Positions 39,577 to 49,214 of a stretch of DNA of 64,000 nucleotides are shown here, in pieces. This stretch comes from Bacteroidota bacterium (GTDB taxonomy: Bacteria > Bacteroidota > Bacteroidia > UKL13-3). The DNA lies in NCBI GenBank assembly GCA_027491355.1, contig JAIXWI010000041.1, positions 27,627 to 91,626 of the forward strand, read 5' to 3'. A model generated the notes under the pieces. It searched no databases and was not told the origin of the DNA. It worked only from the letters and a program-made list of their open reading frames with translations. Both the position numbers and the translations under genes were made by a program. Position 1 is the first letter of the stretch. Each line of letters opens with the position of its first letter.

Positions 39577-40215
39577 TTGAATTCATTATTGCCAAATACA
39601 ATTGTATTTATTGAAGTACTTGGGCTATTTGTATTGGCTTGGACTTGGAAATCTATTGTACCAAATCACAAGTATTTGGCAGTTTACTTAATAACAGCTG
39701 TTGTTTTTGAATGTATGTATATGATCGCAGATCCGTACGGTTCAAAATACAATTTGATTTTAGGAAACATTTATTCATTGATAGAAGTTTGGGTGTTGTC
39801 TATCCTCTATACCCAATGGAATAAAGAGAAAACAGGTATTTTTTATCTGTTTTCTCTTATTTATTTTTTAGTATGGGCCATTTATTACCTGAACAATGGT
39901 CTTTCTTTTATGAATGGAATCATTCATGGTATGGCCAGTTTAATCATAATGGTTATGAGTATCATTGCATATATCCGTTATTTAGCTTCAGATTACAAGA
40001 GTTTCAAATTGCCCATTACTTTGGGCTTTATTTTTTATTCCTGTACCAATGTCGGAATCATGACCTTCTCGGCTTATCTGTCATCATTGAATTCAGAAAA
40101 AGTAGTATTTTTTTATTATGTCATTAATCTTTTTTCAAATTTAGGGTTGTATATTTTCATGACAATTGGACTGATTAAATGCAAGAAACAATCATCGGAA
40201 TTATCGTCATACTGA
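39577..40215 (+). CDS. Multi-pass membrane protein (about 6 TM)
   Basis: 212 aa. TTG start one nt after the preceding TAG. The 3' end overlaps the kinase gene by 37 nt in a different frame. Confidence 0.55.
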   Translation: MNSLLPNTIVFIEVLGLFVLAWTWKSIVPNHKYLAVYLITAVVFECMYMIADPYGSKYNLILGNIYSLIEVWVLSILYTQWNKEKTGIFYLFSLIYFLVWAIYYLNNGLSFMNGIIHGMASLIIMVMSIIAYIRYLASDYKSFKLPITLGFIFYSCTNVGIMTFSAYLSSLNSEKVVFFYYVINLFSNLGLYIFMTIGLIKCKKQSSELSSY

Positions 40216-40925
40216 CCTCTACAATTTTAACTTTGTTTCTGGTTGCTGTGGTATACATTAATAAATATTTTAGAGAAAAAGTTGTTTCACAACAACAATT
40301 GTTTTCGGCTATAGTTGAAGCACAAGAAATTGAAAGGCAAGCTATTTCTAACAATATACACGACGAATTAGGGGGTATTCTAACTTCAACAAAAATTACG
40401 ATTTCTGTTTTGTTAGAGAACCCAGATTTGAGTTCAGAAGTCAAATCGAAAATGACACAATTGTACAACGATTTAGGTACAGCCAGTTCAATTGCTAGAA
40501 ATGCATCCAATTCTTTGTCGCCAACTTCAATCAATAGGTATGGATTAAAAGGAGCTCTCTCAGATTTATGCGACCGTTTAACACAAAATGGAATTGCAGT
40601 GAATTTTAGCTTTCAATTATCGGTTGATTTACCTGAAAACATTCAGATAAACTTGTATAGAATTATAAATGAAGCAATCAATAATTCTCTTAAGTATGCT
40701 CATGCAACCGAATTGTATGTCATTGTTCAAGATAAAGTTCAAAACAGGGTACAAGTTAAAATTGGTGACAATGGAATTGGTTTCAATTGGAATGAAATGC
40801 TAAAAAAATCAAAGTCAAAAGGGCTGCAAAATATGTACAACAGATGTAAACTCATCAATGCTGATTTGCATGTAGAATCGACTCCTGAAACGGGCACACA
40901 TATTCAAATTCTTTTTCATTTGTAA
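40179..40925 (+). CDS. NarL-class (HisKA_3) sensor histidine kinase
   Basis: One N-terminal TM helix, ERQAISNNIHDELGGIL H-box, NNSLKYA N-box, DNGIGF. Confidence 0.85.
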   Translation: MQETIIGIIVILTSTILTLFLVAVVYINKYFREKVVSQQQLFSAIVEAQEIERQAISNNIHDELGGILTSTKITISVLLENPDLSSEVKSKMTQLYNDLGTASSIARNASNSLSPTSINRYGLKGALSDLCDRLTQNGIAVNFSFQLSVDLPENIQINLYRIINEAINNSLKYAHATELYVIVQDKVQNRVQVKIGDNGIGFNWNEMLKKSKSKGLQNMYNRCKLINADLHVESTPETGTHIQILFHL

Positions 40926-40928
40926 GCC

Positions 40929-41585
40929 ATGGTATTGAAATACAATATTGCAATTGTTGATGACCACCCAATGATTTTAAATGGATTGATTGCTTATTTG
41001 AAATCAGTGAGTTATGTGGAAACAATCAATGGTTTTTTAAATATTAATGACTTCAAAGCATGGATTGTTCAAAATCCCATTGATATAGCTATTTTAGATT
41101 TGCGCATACATGACAAAGATGGTGGATTTGAATTGGCAGCTCATTTAAAAAAAGAATATCCTCAAACCAAAATTTTAATTTATACAGCACATTTAAACAG
41201 TTCTTACATAATGGATTGTATGAGTATTGGTGTAAATGCATACATCTGTAAAGACAGCCCGGTTCAAGAAATCAAAAATGCAATAGCCGCTTTTAATAAA
41301 AATGAAATATACTATTCTGATGATGTTGCTAAGCTCATCAAACAACATAAAAAATTGTATTTTTCTACATTAACCAATGATGAATTGTTATCTAAAAGGG
41401 AAATTGAAATTTTACGTATGATATGCAAAGGATTAAATGCTGAGCAAATAGGTGCTGCTTTGTTTATTTCTAAAAATACAGCTAGAAAGCACCGTCAAAA
41501 TATTATGAGTAAAACGGATTGCCACAATGTTCAGGAATTATGGCAATATGCTTCTGCCAATCGTTTGTTATCAGAAAAATATTAA
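40929..41585 (+). CDS. LuxR/NarL-family response regulator
   Basis: IAIVDDHPMI...ILDLRI receiver domain. C-terminal LSKREIEILRMICKGLNAEQIGAALFISKNTARKHRQNIMSK HTH. Confidence 0.9.
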   Translation: MVLKYNIAIVDDHPMILNGLIAYLKSVSYVETINGFLNINDFKAWIVQNPIDIAILDLRIHDKDGGFELAAHLKKEYPQTKILIYTAHLNSSYIMDCMSIGVNAYICKDSPVQEIKNAIAAFNKNEIYYSDDVAKLIKQHKKLYFSTLTNDELLSKREIEILRMICKGLNAEQIGAALFISKNTARKHRQNIMSKTDCHNVQELWQYASANRLLSEKY

Positions 41586-41641
41586 TCAAAGCTTCTTTTT
41601 ATTATTTGATTCCTATTAAATTAGGTGCAATTTTTATAGGT

Positions 41642-42073
41642 ATGCGAATAAATTGGAGAAATATTACAGCAATTGTGATAGGAATGCTTGCTGGATCGAT
41701 TGCAAATATGGGTGTTATAGAAATTGGATCAATGCTGATTCCTGCACCAAATGGTGTTGATATTGAAAATTTTGAGTCTATCAAAGCACATATTCATCTG
41801 TACCAACCCTCTCAATTTTTGTTTCCATTCATAGCCCATTGTATTGGAACATTTATTACTGTTTGGTTATTTATGTTCATTGCCAGTACCCGTTATCCAA
41901 TCAGGTATGTAAACATGTTTGGAACGCTCTTTTTTTTATGTGGGGTTTACATGGTATACATTTTACCAGCACCCATTTGGTTCAATTTGCTAGACTTAAC
42001 CATTGCCTATTTTCCCATGGCCTATTTGGGTTATCAATTTTCAATTAGAAAAGAAAAAGTTCCCATTCAATAA
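41642..42073 (+). CDS. Small membrane protein
   Basis: ATG at 41642 avoids overlap with the regulator gene. About 4 TM helices. Confidence 0.5.
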   Translation: MRINWRNITAIVIGMLAGSIANMGVIEIGSMLIPAPNGVDIENFESIKAHIHLYQPSQFLFPFIAHCIGTFITVWLFMFIASTRYPIRYVNMFGTLFFLCGVYMVYILPAPIWFNLLDLTIAYFPMAYLGYQFSIRKEKVPIQ

Positions 42074-42086
42074 AATCAGTAACAGG

Positions 42087-44378
42087 TTAATTTCCTATCA
42101 ATTCAAATGAAGTTTCAAGTACCTCATTTACGTTTTTGCCAATAAATAATTTGAACTGACCCGGTTCTAGCACTCGTTCCATATTTGCATTGTAAAAATA
42201 CAATTCATCCATTGTTATTTTAAAGCATACTTGTTTACTTGTTCCTGCTTTTAAAAATACTTTGCTGAATTTTTTCAACTCTTTTAAAGGTCTTGTGCTG
42301 CTACCAACTAAATCTTGAACATACAATTGAACTATTTCATAGCCATCTATTTTTCCAGTATTTGTAATCGTTACAGATGCTGCTATCGTATCGTTTTTTT
42401 TGAATTGATTTTGATTGAGTTGTAGGTTAGAATAGTTGAATTGGGTATAGCTTAAACCAAAACCAAAAGGGTAGAGTGGTGTATTAGGAATGTCTAAATA
42501 TTTTGAAGTGTACTTTTGATTGTTATCAAAAGGTCTGCCGGTATTTTTAGCCGCATAGTATATTGGAACTTGGCCAATACTTCTTGGAAAACTCATGGTC
42601 AATTTACCTGAAGGATTTTCATCACCAAACAATACTTTACAAATAGCTGGACCCGATTGTGTTCCCAAAAACCAAGTTTCAAGGATAGCAGAAACATGTT
42701 CGTTTTCCCATGAAAGTGATAGTGGTCTTCCGTTACTCAAGAGCAACACAATTGGTTTACCTAATGCATGAATTGCTTTCAATAAATTCATTTGATTTGG
42801 TGGAATACCAATTGCTGATCTGCTTGCAGCTTCACCACTCATCCCTTCAGACTCGCCCAATGCCATAACAATTATGTTTGCTTTTGATGCAACTGTAATG
42901 GCTTCATTTATGAGGGTTTCTGCACTTCGTTTATCAATAAATTCTTGGATGTGCATTTTTTGAATTAACAAAGTATCATCTGTAACATTTGCTCCTAAGG
43001 CATAACTGATTGATGCCTTACCAACTGTTTTTGCTGCAACAGCATCCCATAAACTTTTAGCTTGTGTATAATCCCCTGCAGCACTCCAATTACCAATTAA
43101 ATCTCTTTTATTCTTTACAAAAGGGCCTATGAATGCAATGCTTTCTTCGTTTTTAAGCGGCAACAGGTTGTTGTCGTTTTTTAGCAACACCATGGAGGCA
43201 GTGGCTGTTTGTTCAGCTGCCTGTAAGTGTTCGGTTGTCATGATATTGTTTTTTGCACGCTTTTCGTCGCAATACAAATAAGGATTTTCAAACAAACCCA
43301 ATTGCCATTTTGCATCTAAAATTCTATAAACTGCTGCGTCAATATCAGCTATTTTTACTTCATTTTTCTCAACAGCTGCTTTTAAGTAAGTGATGTATAC
43401 GGCTCCTTGCATATCCATATCGATGCCTGCATTCAAGGCTGCTACACCTGCTTCGTATTCATTGGCTACATTGCCATGGTTGACCATTTCATTAATTGAA
43501 GTGTAGTCTGTAACTACAAATCCTTTGAAACCCCATTGTTTGCGCAATAAATCGGTCATCAACCATTTGTTAGCTGTAGCAGGTACACCGTTTATTTCAT
43601 TGAATGAACTCATTACACTGGCGGCACCTGCGTCAATGGCTGCTTTGTATGGTGGTAAATATACATTGAACATGCTTTGCATGCTCATGTCAACAGTATT
43701 GTAATCTCTTCCAGCTACTGGCGCACCGTACAATGCAAAATGTTTGACACAGCTCAAAATACTTTCTTTGCTTTTTAAATCAGTTCCTTGGTATCCTTTT
43801 ACTTTTGCCCTGGCAATTGCAGAACCTAAAACAGGATCTTCTCCAGACCCTTCTGCTACTCTTCCCCAGCGTGGGTCTCTTGTAATATCAACCATGGGCG
43901 AATAAGTCCAATGTAGGCCATCTGCACTGGCCTCGGTTGCAGCAATTTTTGCAGACTGTTCAGATAAAAGGGTATCCCAAGCACAAGACTCTCCTAGTGG
44001 AATTGGAAAAATAGTTTTGTGGCCATGAATGACATCGTAACCAAACAAGAGCGGAATTTTTAGCCTTGATTGCATGGCCATGTCTTGTAATTTTCGGGTG
44101 TAAACTGGCGTGTATGCGTTGAAAATATTTCCACATCGTCCACTCATGATATCTTGTTTGTAGTTGTCACGCATGATTGGTCCTGTTACAGACATATCAC
44201 TGGTGTAAAGGGTTAGCTGTCCTAACTTTTCATCCAAGGTCATTTTGGAAATGAGTGTTTGAATGAAGGCCTCTTTGTTGGCTGGATTAGTATTTTTTTT
44301 GTGAATGTTTTGTGCAAGACAAAATTGGCTCAATCCAATGAGTAATAAGCAAAAGCTGTTTTTTCTGAAATTTCTCAT
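42087..44378 (-). CDS. bglX: Glycoside hydrolase family 3 beta-glucosidase
   Basis: Signal peptide, KHFALYG, GFKGFVVTDY (nucleophile Asp region), C-terminal fibronectin-like domain, 763 aa. Confidence 0.9.
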   Translation of the reverse strand: MRNFRKNSFCLLLIGLSQFCLAQNIHKKNTNPANKEAFIQTLISKMTLDEKLGQLTLYTSDMSVTGPIMRDNYKQDIMSGRCGNIFNAYTPVYTRKLQDMAMQSRLKIPLLFGYDVIHGHKTIFPIPLGESCAWDTLLSEQSAKIAATEASADGLHWTYSPMVDITRDPRWGRVAEGSGEDPVLGSAIARAKVKGYQGTDLKSKESILSCVKHFALYGAPVAGRDYNTVDMSMQSMFNVYLPPYKAAIDAGAASVMSSFNEINGVPATANKWLMTDLLRKQWGFKGFVVTDYTSINEMVNHGNVANEYEAGVAALNAGIDMDMQGAVYITYLKAAVEKNEVKIADIDAAVYRILDAKWQLGLFENPYLYCDEKRAKNNIMTTEHLQAAEQTATASMVLLKNDNNLLPLKNEESIAFIGPFVKNKRDLIGNWSAAGDYTQAKSLWDAVAAKTVGKASISYALGANVTDDTLLIQKMHIQEFIDKRSAETLINEAITVASKANIIVMALGESEGMSGEAASRSAIGIPPNQMNLLKAIHALGKPIVLLLSNGRPLSLSWENEHVSAILETWFLGTQSGPAICKVLFGDENPSGKLTMSFPRSIGQVPIYYAAKNTGRPFDNNQKYTSKYLDIPNTPLYPFGFGLSYTQFNYSNLQLNQNQFKKNDTIAASVTITNTGKIDGYEIVQLYVQDLVGSSTRPLKELKKFSKVFLKAGTSKQVCFKITMDELYFYNANMERVLEPGQFKLFIGKNVNEVLETSFELIGN

Positions 44379-44623
44379 GTGTTATTTTACAATAGCTGTT
44401 GATTCTAATACAATTTGATTGCTAATTTTGAAGTCAATGTTTTGTATAAACAAATTTCAAATCAATCTGATGTGTTAGTTTTCCATTTTGCAAAATATAA
44501 AAAAAAACTATACGCAATGGGTCATTTTATGAGAAAAATCATCAGGTAAACCAATAAAAATTGTGTTAACAAGTTATCATTAAGCCAAGTAAAGAATTAG
44601 TTTTGTTTCTTTATTTCAAACTG

Positions 44624-45496
44624 ATGTCAATCAAGAAAATTGAACGTATTATCCAGCCTTCTGGAACTCATTTTGTAGGTGATGGTTTCAAAGTTCACAA
44701 TATCATTCCTGGTATACAGGGTTTGAGTATGCAGCGGATGAGCCCATTTATCATGCTCGATTACAATGCACCTCATTATTTTTCACCAAGTGAAACGCCA
44801 AGGGGGGTTGATGTGCACCCTCACAGAGGTTTTGAGACAGTTACCATTGCTTATCAAGGCAAAGTAGAACACCATGACAGCAGTGGAGGAGGAGGCATCA
44901 TAGAAGAAGGTGATGTGCAATGGATGACTGCTGCATCAGGTGTTTTACACAAAGAGTTCCACGAAAAAGAGTGGAGTAAAAAAGGTGGCATTTTTCAAAT
45001 GGTTCAATTGTGGGTGAATTTGCCAGCCAAATACAAAATGTCTCCACCCAAGTACCAAGCCATCTCAAACCAAGATATTCCCAAAGTTCAGTTAGCAAAC
45101 AATACAGGCGTTTTGGAGGTAATTGCTGGCGCATACAATGGCATAAATGGCGCGGCATCAACATTTACAGAAGTACATTTACTAAATGTAAAACTCAATC
45201 AACATGGGAAAGCTGATTTCAGTTTTCCAGCTCATTACAATACTGCTGTTTTGGTTTTAGCGGGTTCAATCACCATCAATGAGCAAAATGTTCAAACAAA
45301 TGCCTTTGCGTTGTTTGCCAATACAGGTGAAAACTTTAACATAAGTGCCTCTGAAAATGCGGAGGTTTTAGTGTTGAGTGGAGAACCAATCAATGAACCA
45401 ATTGCTGCGCATGGCCCTTTTGTGATGAACACTAGGCAAGAATTGATGCAAGCTATGCATGATTTCAACGCAGGTAAATTTGGCGAATTGGTATAG
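44624..45496 (+). CDS. Pirin family protein
   Basis: HPHRGFETVTIAYQG cupin metal motif. ATG at 44624. Confidence 0.9.
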   Translation: MSIKKIERIIQPSGTHFVGDGFKVHNIIPGIQGLSMQRMSPFIMLDYNAPHYFSPSETPRGVDVHPHRGFETVTIAYQGKVEHHDSSGGGGIIEEGDVQWMTAASGVLHKEFHEKEWSKKGGIFQMVQLWVNLPAKYKMSPPKYQAISNQDIPKVQLANNTGVLEVIAGAYNGINGAASTFTEVHLLNVKLNQHGKADFSFPAHYNTAVLVLAGSITINEQNVQTNAFALFANTGENFNISASENAEVLVLSGEPINEPIAAHGPFVMNTRQELMQAMHDFNAGKFGELV

Positions 45497-45578
45497 TTGA
45501 AAATTAGACAATTTTAACATTCAATGCTGTTGTCAATAAGTTTGAGTGTGATAGCTTACATTTGAGCTAAAATTTGCC

Positions 45579-46370
45579 ATGACGCAATTGATTGATGAAT
45601 TAAAAACAAGAAACGAAACCTTATTTTATTTTGGATTGATTTGTCTGATTGCGTCAGTTGCATTTATACTCCTAGCTCAATTCAGTCAACTGAAAGTTTA
45701 CCAAGTTAGTGCATTTTACAAGCCTTTTAAATTTGCCTTCTCAACTTTTTTGTATACATGGACAATGGCTTGGTTTTGTCATTACTTACCAAACTTTTCA
45801 ATCAATTGGTTCAATTGGTCGGTCATTCTACTATTGGGTTTTGAAATTGTTTACATAGCTATACAGGCCAGTAGGGGAGAGCGCTCTCATTACAATTTAA
45901 GTACGCCATTTTATGCAAACTTGTTTGCGTTGATGGCATTGGCTGCTACTTTGGTAACACTTTACACGGCATTTATTTGTTATTTGTTTTTTACAACCGA
46001 TTTACAAGACCTCCCAATTTATTATCTATGGTCTATTAGGTTGTCACTGCTCATTTTTGTTATCTTTTCATTTGAAGGTTTTTTGATGGGTTCAAGGCTC
46101 AATCACAGTGTAGGAGGCTTCAATGACAATTCTAATGTGTTCATTGTAGGTTGGAGCAAAACGGTGGGCGACCTCAGAATTGCTCATTTCATAGGTATGC
46201 ATGCTTTGCAGGTATTGCCTTTGCTGTCATTTTATGTGTTCAAAAACACCAAAGCAACGGTTGTAGTTGCTACTCTTTATTTTTTACTTGCCTTTTTTAC
46301 TTTGGTACAAGCATTAAAAGGCCAATCAATTTTTAAAACAAAATCAACTGAAAATGAAATTATCCAATAA
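45579..46370 (+). CDS. Polytopic membrane protein of unknown function
   Basis: 263 aa, about 7 hydrophobic segments. Confidence 0.55.
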   Translation: MTQLIDELKTRNETLFYFGLICLIASVAFILLAQFSQLKVYQVSAFYKPFKFAFSTFLYTWTMAWFCHYLPNFSINWFNWSVILLLGFEIVYIAIQASRGERSHYNLSTPFYANLFALMALAATLVTLYTAFICYLFFTTDLQDLPIYYLWSIRLSLLIFVIFSFEGFLMGSRLNHSVGGFNDNSNVFIVGWSKTVGDLRIAHFIGMHALQVLPLLSFYVFKNTKATVVVATLYFLLAFFTLVQALKGQSIFKTKSTENEIIQ

Positions 46371-47175
46371 AGAAAAACAAAGGTTATTCAATCAATATGG
46401 TCAATGGGCAATTGTAACGGGAGCTACTTCTGGAATTGGCTTGGAATTAGCAACTCAATTGGCAGCTGCTGGTTTTAATTTGATTGTAACTGCAAGAAAT
46501 ATAGCACAACTTGAAGCTTTAGCCTCTGAATTGAGTGCATACGCTCCTATTCAAGTTAAAGTTGTAGCTGCTGATTTATCAAATACAGAAGGTGTTAATC
46601 AGGTAATCGATGCATCAAAAGGATTAAAAATTGGTTTACTGATTGCTTCTGCTGGTTTTGGAACCTCAGGTTATTTCATCAAGAATTCAATAGCGTCTGA
46701 AGTAAATATGTTAAAGGTGAATTGTGAGGCTTTGTTAGTTTTGACCCATCATTTCAGTAAGCAATTTGTCGACCAAAAACGGGGTGGAATCATTTTAATG
46801 AGTTCTATGGTTGCCTTTCAGGGGACACCTTATTCAGCAAATTATGCGGCAACCAAGGCATATGTTCAAACACTGGCTGAAGCGTTAGCCGAGGAGTTAA
46901 AATCTAAAGGTGTGGATGTATTGGCCGCTGCACCTGGTCCTGTTAAATCAGGATTCGCCAAAGTAGCAGGAATGAACATGTCAATGGCGCTTACAACAGC
47001 TCAGGTGGGTATTCCAATTCTAAGAGCTTTGGGTAGAAAAACAACCGTTTATCCGGGTTTTTTAAGTAAATTTTTGGTCTATTCATTGAACTTGCTCCCC
47101 AGATTTTTGAAAGTTAAAATGATTGGTATCGTAATGAAACAAATGACCAAGCATCAAAATGCTGCACAGTTTTAA
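46354..47175 (+). CDS. Short-chain dehydrogenase/reductase (SDR)
   Basis: VTGATSGIG cofactor motif and YAATKAY (YxxxK) catalytic motif. Confidence 0.9.
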   Translation: MKLSNKEKQRLFNQYGQWAIVTGATSGIGLELATQLAAAGFNLIVTARNIAQLEALASELSAYAPIQVKVVAADLSNTEGVNQVIDASKGLKIGLLIASAGFGTSGYFIKNSIASEVNMLKVNCEALLVLTHHFSKQFVDQKRGGIILMSSMVAFQGTPYSANYAATKAYVQTLAEALAEELKSKGVDVLAAAPGPVKSGFAKVAGMNMSMALTTAQVGIPILRALGRKTTVYPGFLSKFLVYSLNLLPRFLKVKMIGIVMKQMTKHQNAAQF

Positions 47176-47208
47176 TTTTGGTGAAAGGAAAAATGTAGCA
47201 AAAAAGCC

Positions 47209-47499
47209 TTAGTTATTTGGTTTGATGTATTGCTGTAAAACCTGCACATATGCTTCAAAAGCTTTGAGGCCTTTCTTAGTAATTGCACACTTGGTTAAAG
47301 GGTATTTGCCTTTGAAACTTTTTTCAACTTTGATGTATTTTGCCTCTTGCAATTTTTCAATCTGAACGCTCAAGTTTCCTGCAGTGGCATTGGTTTTTTC
47401 TTTTAAAAATAAAAACTCAGCTTCTTCAACTGTTACCAATATAGATACAATGGCCAATCGGAGTTGTGAATGCAACAAAGGGTCTAAATTTTGAAACAT
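47209..47499 (-). CDS. Winged-helix transcriptional regulator (ArsR/MarR-like small wHTH)
   Basis: 96 aa, LDPLLHSQLRLAIVSIL...TNATAGNLSVQIEKLQEAKYI. Confidence 0.7.
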   Translation of the reverse strand: MFQNLDPLLHSQLRLAIVSILVTVEEAEFLFLKEKTNATAGNLSVQIEKLQEAKYIKVEKSFKGKYPLTKCAITKKGLKAFEAYVQVLQQYIKPNN

Positions 47500-47510
47500 T
47501 TTCAGTTGAA

Positions 47511-48083
47511 TTATTTTGATTCAGCTTTTTCACTTGTTCTCAATACAATACCCGGAATGACAAAAGCAGCCAAAGCGCCAGCAGCCAATAAAAGCAATTG
47601 CACGTCGAATGTAACAAAGAAAGAAATGATTGCAAATACCCAACAGGCAATGGCTCCCCATATAAATGATTTTATTTTAAATGCGGTACCCGATACAAAA
47701 GTGGTCAAAGCATAAAAGGAAAGTAAAACAGGGTAGGTGTTCAATTGAAGTTGCGAAGCGAATATCAAAACAATAAAAATACTCACCCCAAAAGCCATCC
47801 ACATACTCGCCAAAATATGTTCAACCATGGTTTTAGATTGGGCTTCTTTTTTCTGTTTTTTGACGATGACCAATTGAGCAATAACTGCAATTGGAATAAC
47901 GATTGCCCACCCAATCCCATTGTTTGGATTGTCGTTGAGCAACAAAATATACTGCAACAAACTGGCGATGGCAACAGCTGCACCCCACAGAATATAGTAG
48001 GGACTGTCATTGTAAAAACGTTTTTGCGCAGATTTCATCATTTGCGCAATGAAGTCGAGGTTTTGTTGAGCGGTGTTTTCCAT
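47511..48083 (-). CDS. Membrane protein co-transcribed with the wHTH regulator
   Basis: 190 aa, about 5 TM helices, 11-nt gap to the regulator gene. Confidence 0.55.
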   Translation of the reverse strand: MENTAQQNLDFIAQMMKSAQKRFYNDSPYYILWGAAVAIASLLQYILLLNDNPNNGIGWAIVIPIAVIAQLVIVKKQKKEAQSKTMVEHILASMWMAFGVSIFIVLIFASQLQLNTYPVLLSFYALTTFVSGTAFKIKSFIWGAIACWVFAIISFFVTFDVQLLLLAAGALAAFVIPGIVLRTSEKAESK

Positions 48084-48199
48084 GATTTATTTTTAAACTA
48101 TGTGCAATTATAAAGTAGTTTATAATATAAACCAAAAAATATCAAAAAATGGCCTACAATTGTTTACCATGCAGCAATTTCAATCATTACAAGTAATTT

Positions 48200-49123
48200 T
48201 TAATACTGCTCATACCAACTGAACTTTTCATGTATGATGCGGTTTTTTTCTTTGCTCAAGTATTCTATGAATGATTTAGCTACTGGAGATAATTTTTTTC
48301 CTTTGAGCCAAATTAAACTCCATGTTGTTTTAATTGGAAGTCCTTTAATTGGTATAATTTTAAGTTCATTGGAATGAAGTTCATTTCTGATTCCAATTAA
48401 TGGCATAATAGAATAGCCTAAACCTGCTAAAATAGACTGTTTGACAACTTCATTTGAGGTCAATTCAATTTTTTTTAATACTGAAATGTTGTTTCTGTTA
48501 AAGAAAGATTCCATTATTTGCCTTGTACCAGATCCTTTTTCTCTGAATATAATAGGTAAGTTTTTGAACAATTCTCTGGTAGGAATATGTTTTTTTAGTG
48601 CTAAATGATTGTTTCCAACCATGTATAATTTATTTTGAAGTAAATCTAATTGTTCAATTTGTATTGAATTTGGGATGATTGATACCAATGCAAAATCAAC
48701 CTCATTGTTCTCTAAACTTTCAATAACTTTTGATTTGTTTGTAACATCCATTTTAAGCTCTATACCTTCGTGTTTACTCATAAACTCAGACAAGAAGTAA
48801 GGCATAACATATTTACCTGTAGAAACAACAGATAACTTTAAACGACCGGTTAGCTGTCTTTTATAAGCCAATGTTTTAAAGTTTATTTCATTTACTTGAT
48901 TGATAATGCTCTCAGCTGATTCAGCAATTTCATTTCCAAAATCAGTGATGTGTATTTTCCTTCCAATGACCTCAGTTAATGGAATATCAAATTGATCTTG
49001 AAAATTTTTTAATTGAATAGAAACTGCAGGTTGCGTCAGATGCAATTCTTCAGCTGCTTTTGTAACACTTTTTGTTTTTACAATCCTTAAAAAAATTTGT
49101 AATTGATTCAAAGTGTAATTCAT
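48200..49123 (-). CDS. LysR-family transcriptional regulator
   Basis: LNQLQIFLRIVKTKSVTKAAEELHLTQPAVSIQLKNFQ HTH, 307 aa. Confidence 0.9.
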   Translation of the reverse strand: MNYTLNQLQIFLRIVKTKSVTKAAEELHLTQPAVSIQLKNFQDQFDIPLTEVIGRKIHITDFGNEIAESAESIINQVNEINFKTLAYKRQLTGRLKLSVVSTGKYVMPYFLSEFMSKHEGIELKMDVTNKSKVIESLENNEVDFALVSIIPNSIQIEQLDLLQNKLYMVGNNHLALKKHIPTRELFKNLPIIFREKGSGTRQIMESFFNRNNISVLKKIELTSNEVVKQSILAGLGYSIMPLIGIRNELHSNELKIIPIKGLPIKTTWSLIWLKGKKLSPVAKSFIEYLSKEKNRIIHEKFSWYEQY

Positions 49124-49214
49124 AAAATAAATTAATATATATTATTACAAATATAAATAAAGATAAATGGGAAATTTTTGTAAAATTTGTAGCTAAAAAT
49201 ACAATTCAACTAAA

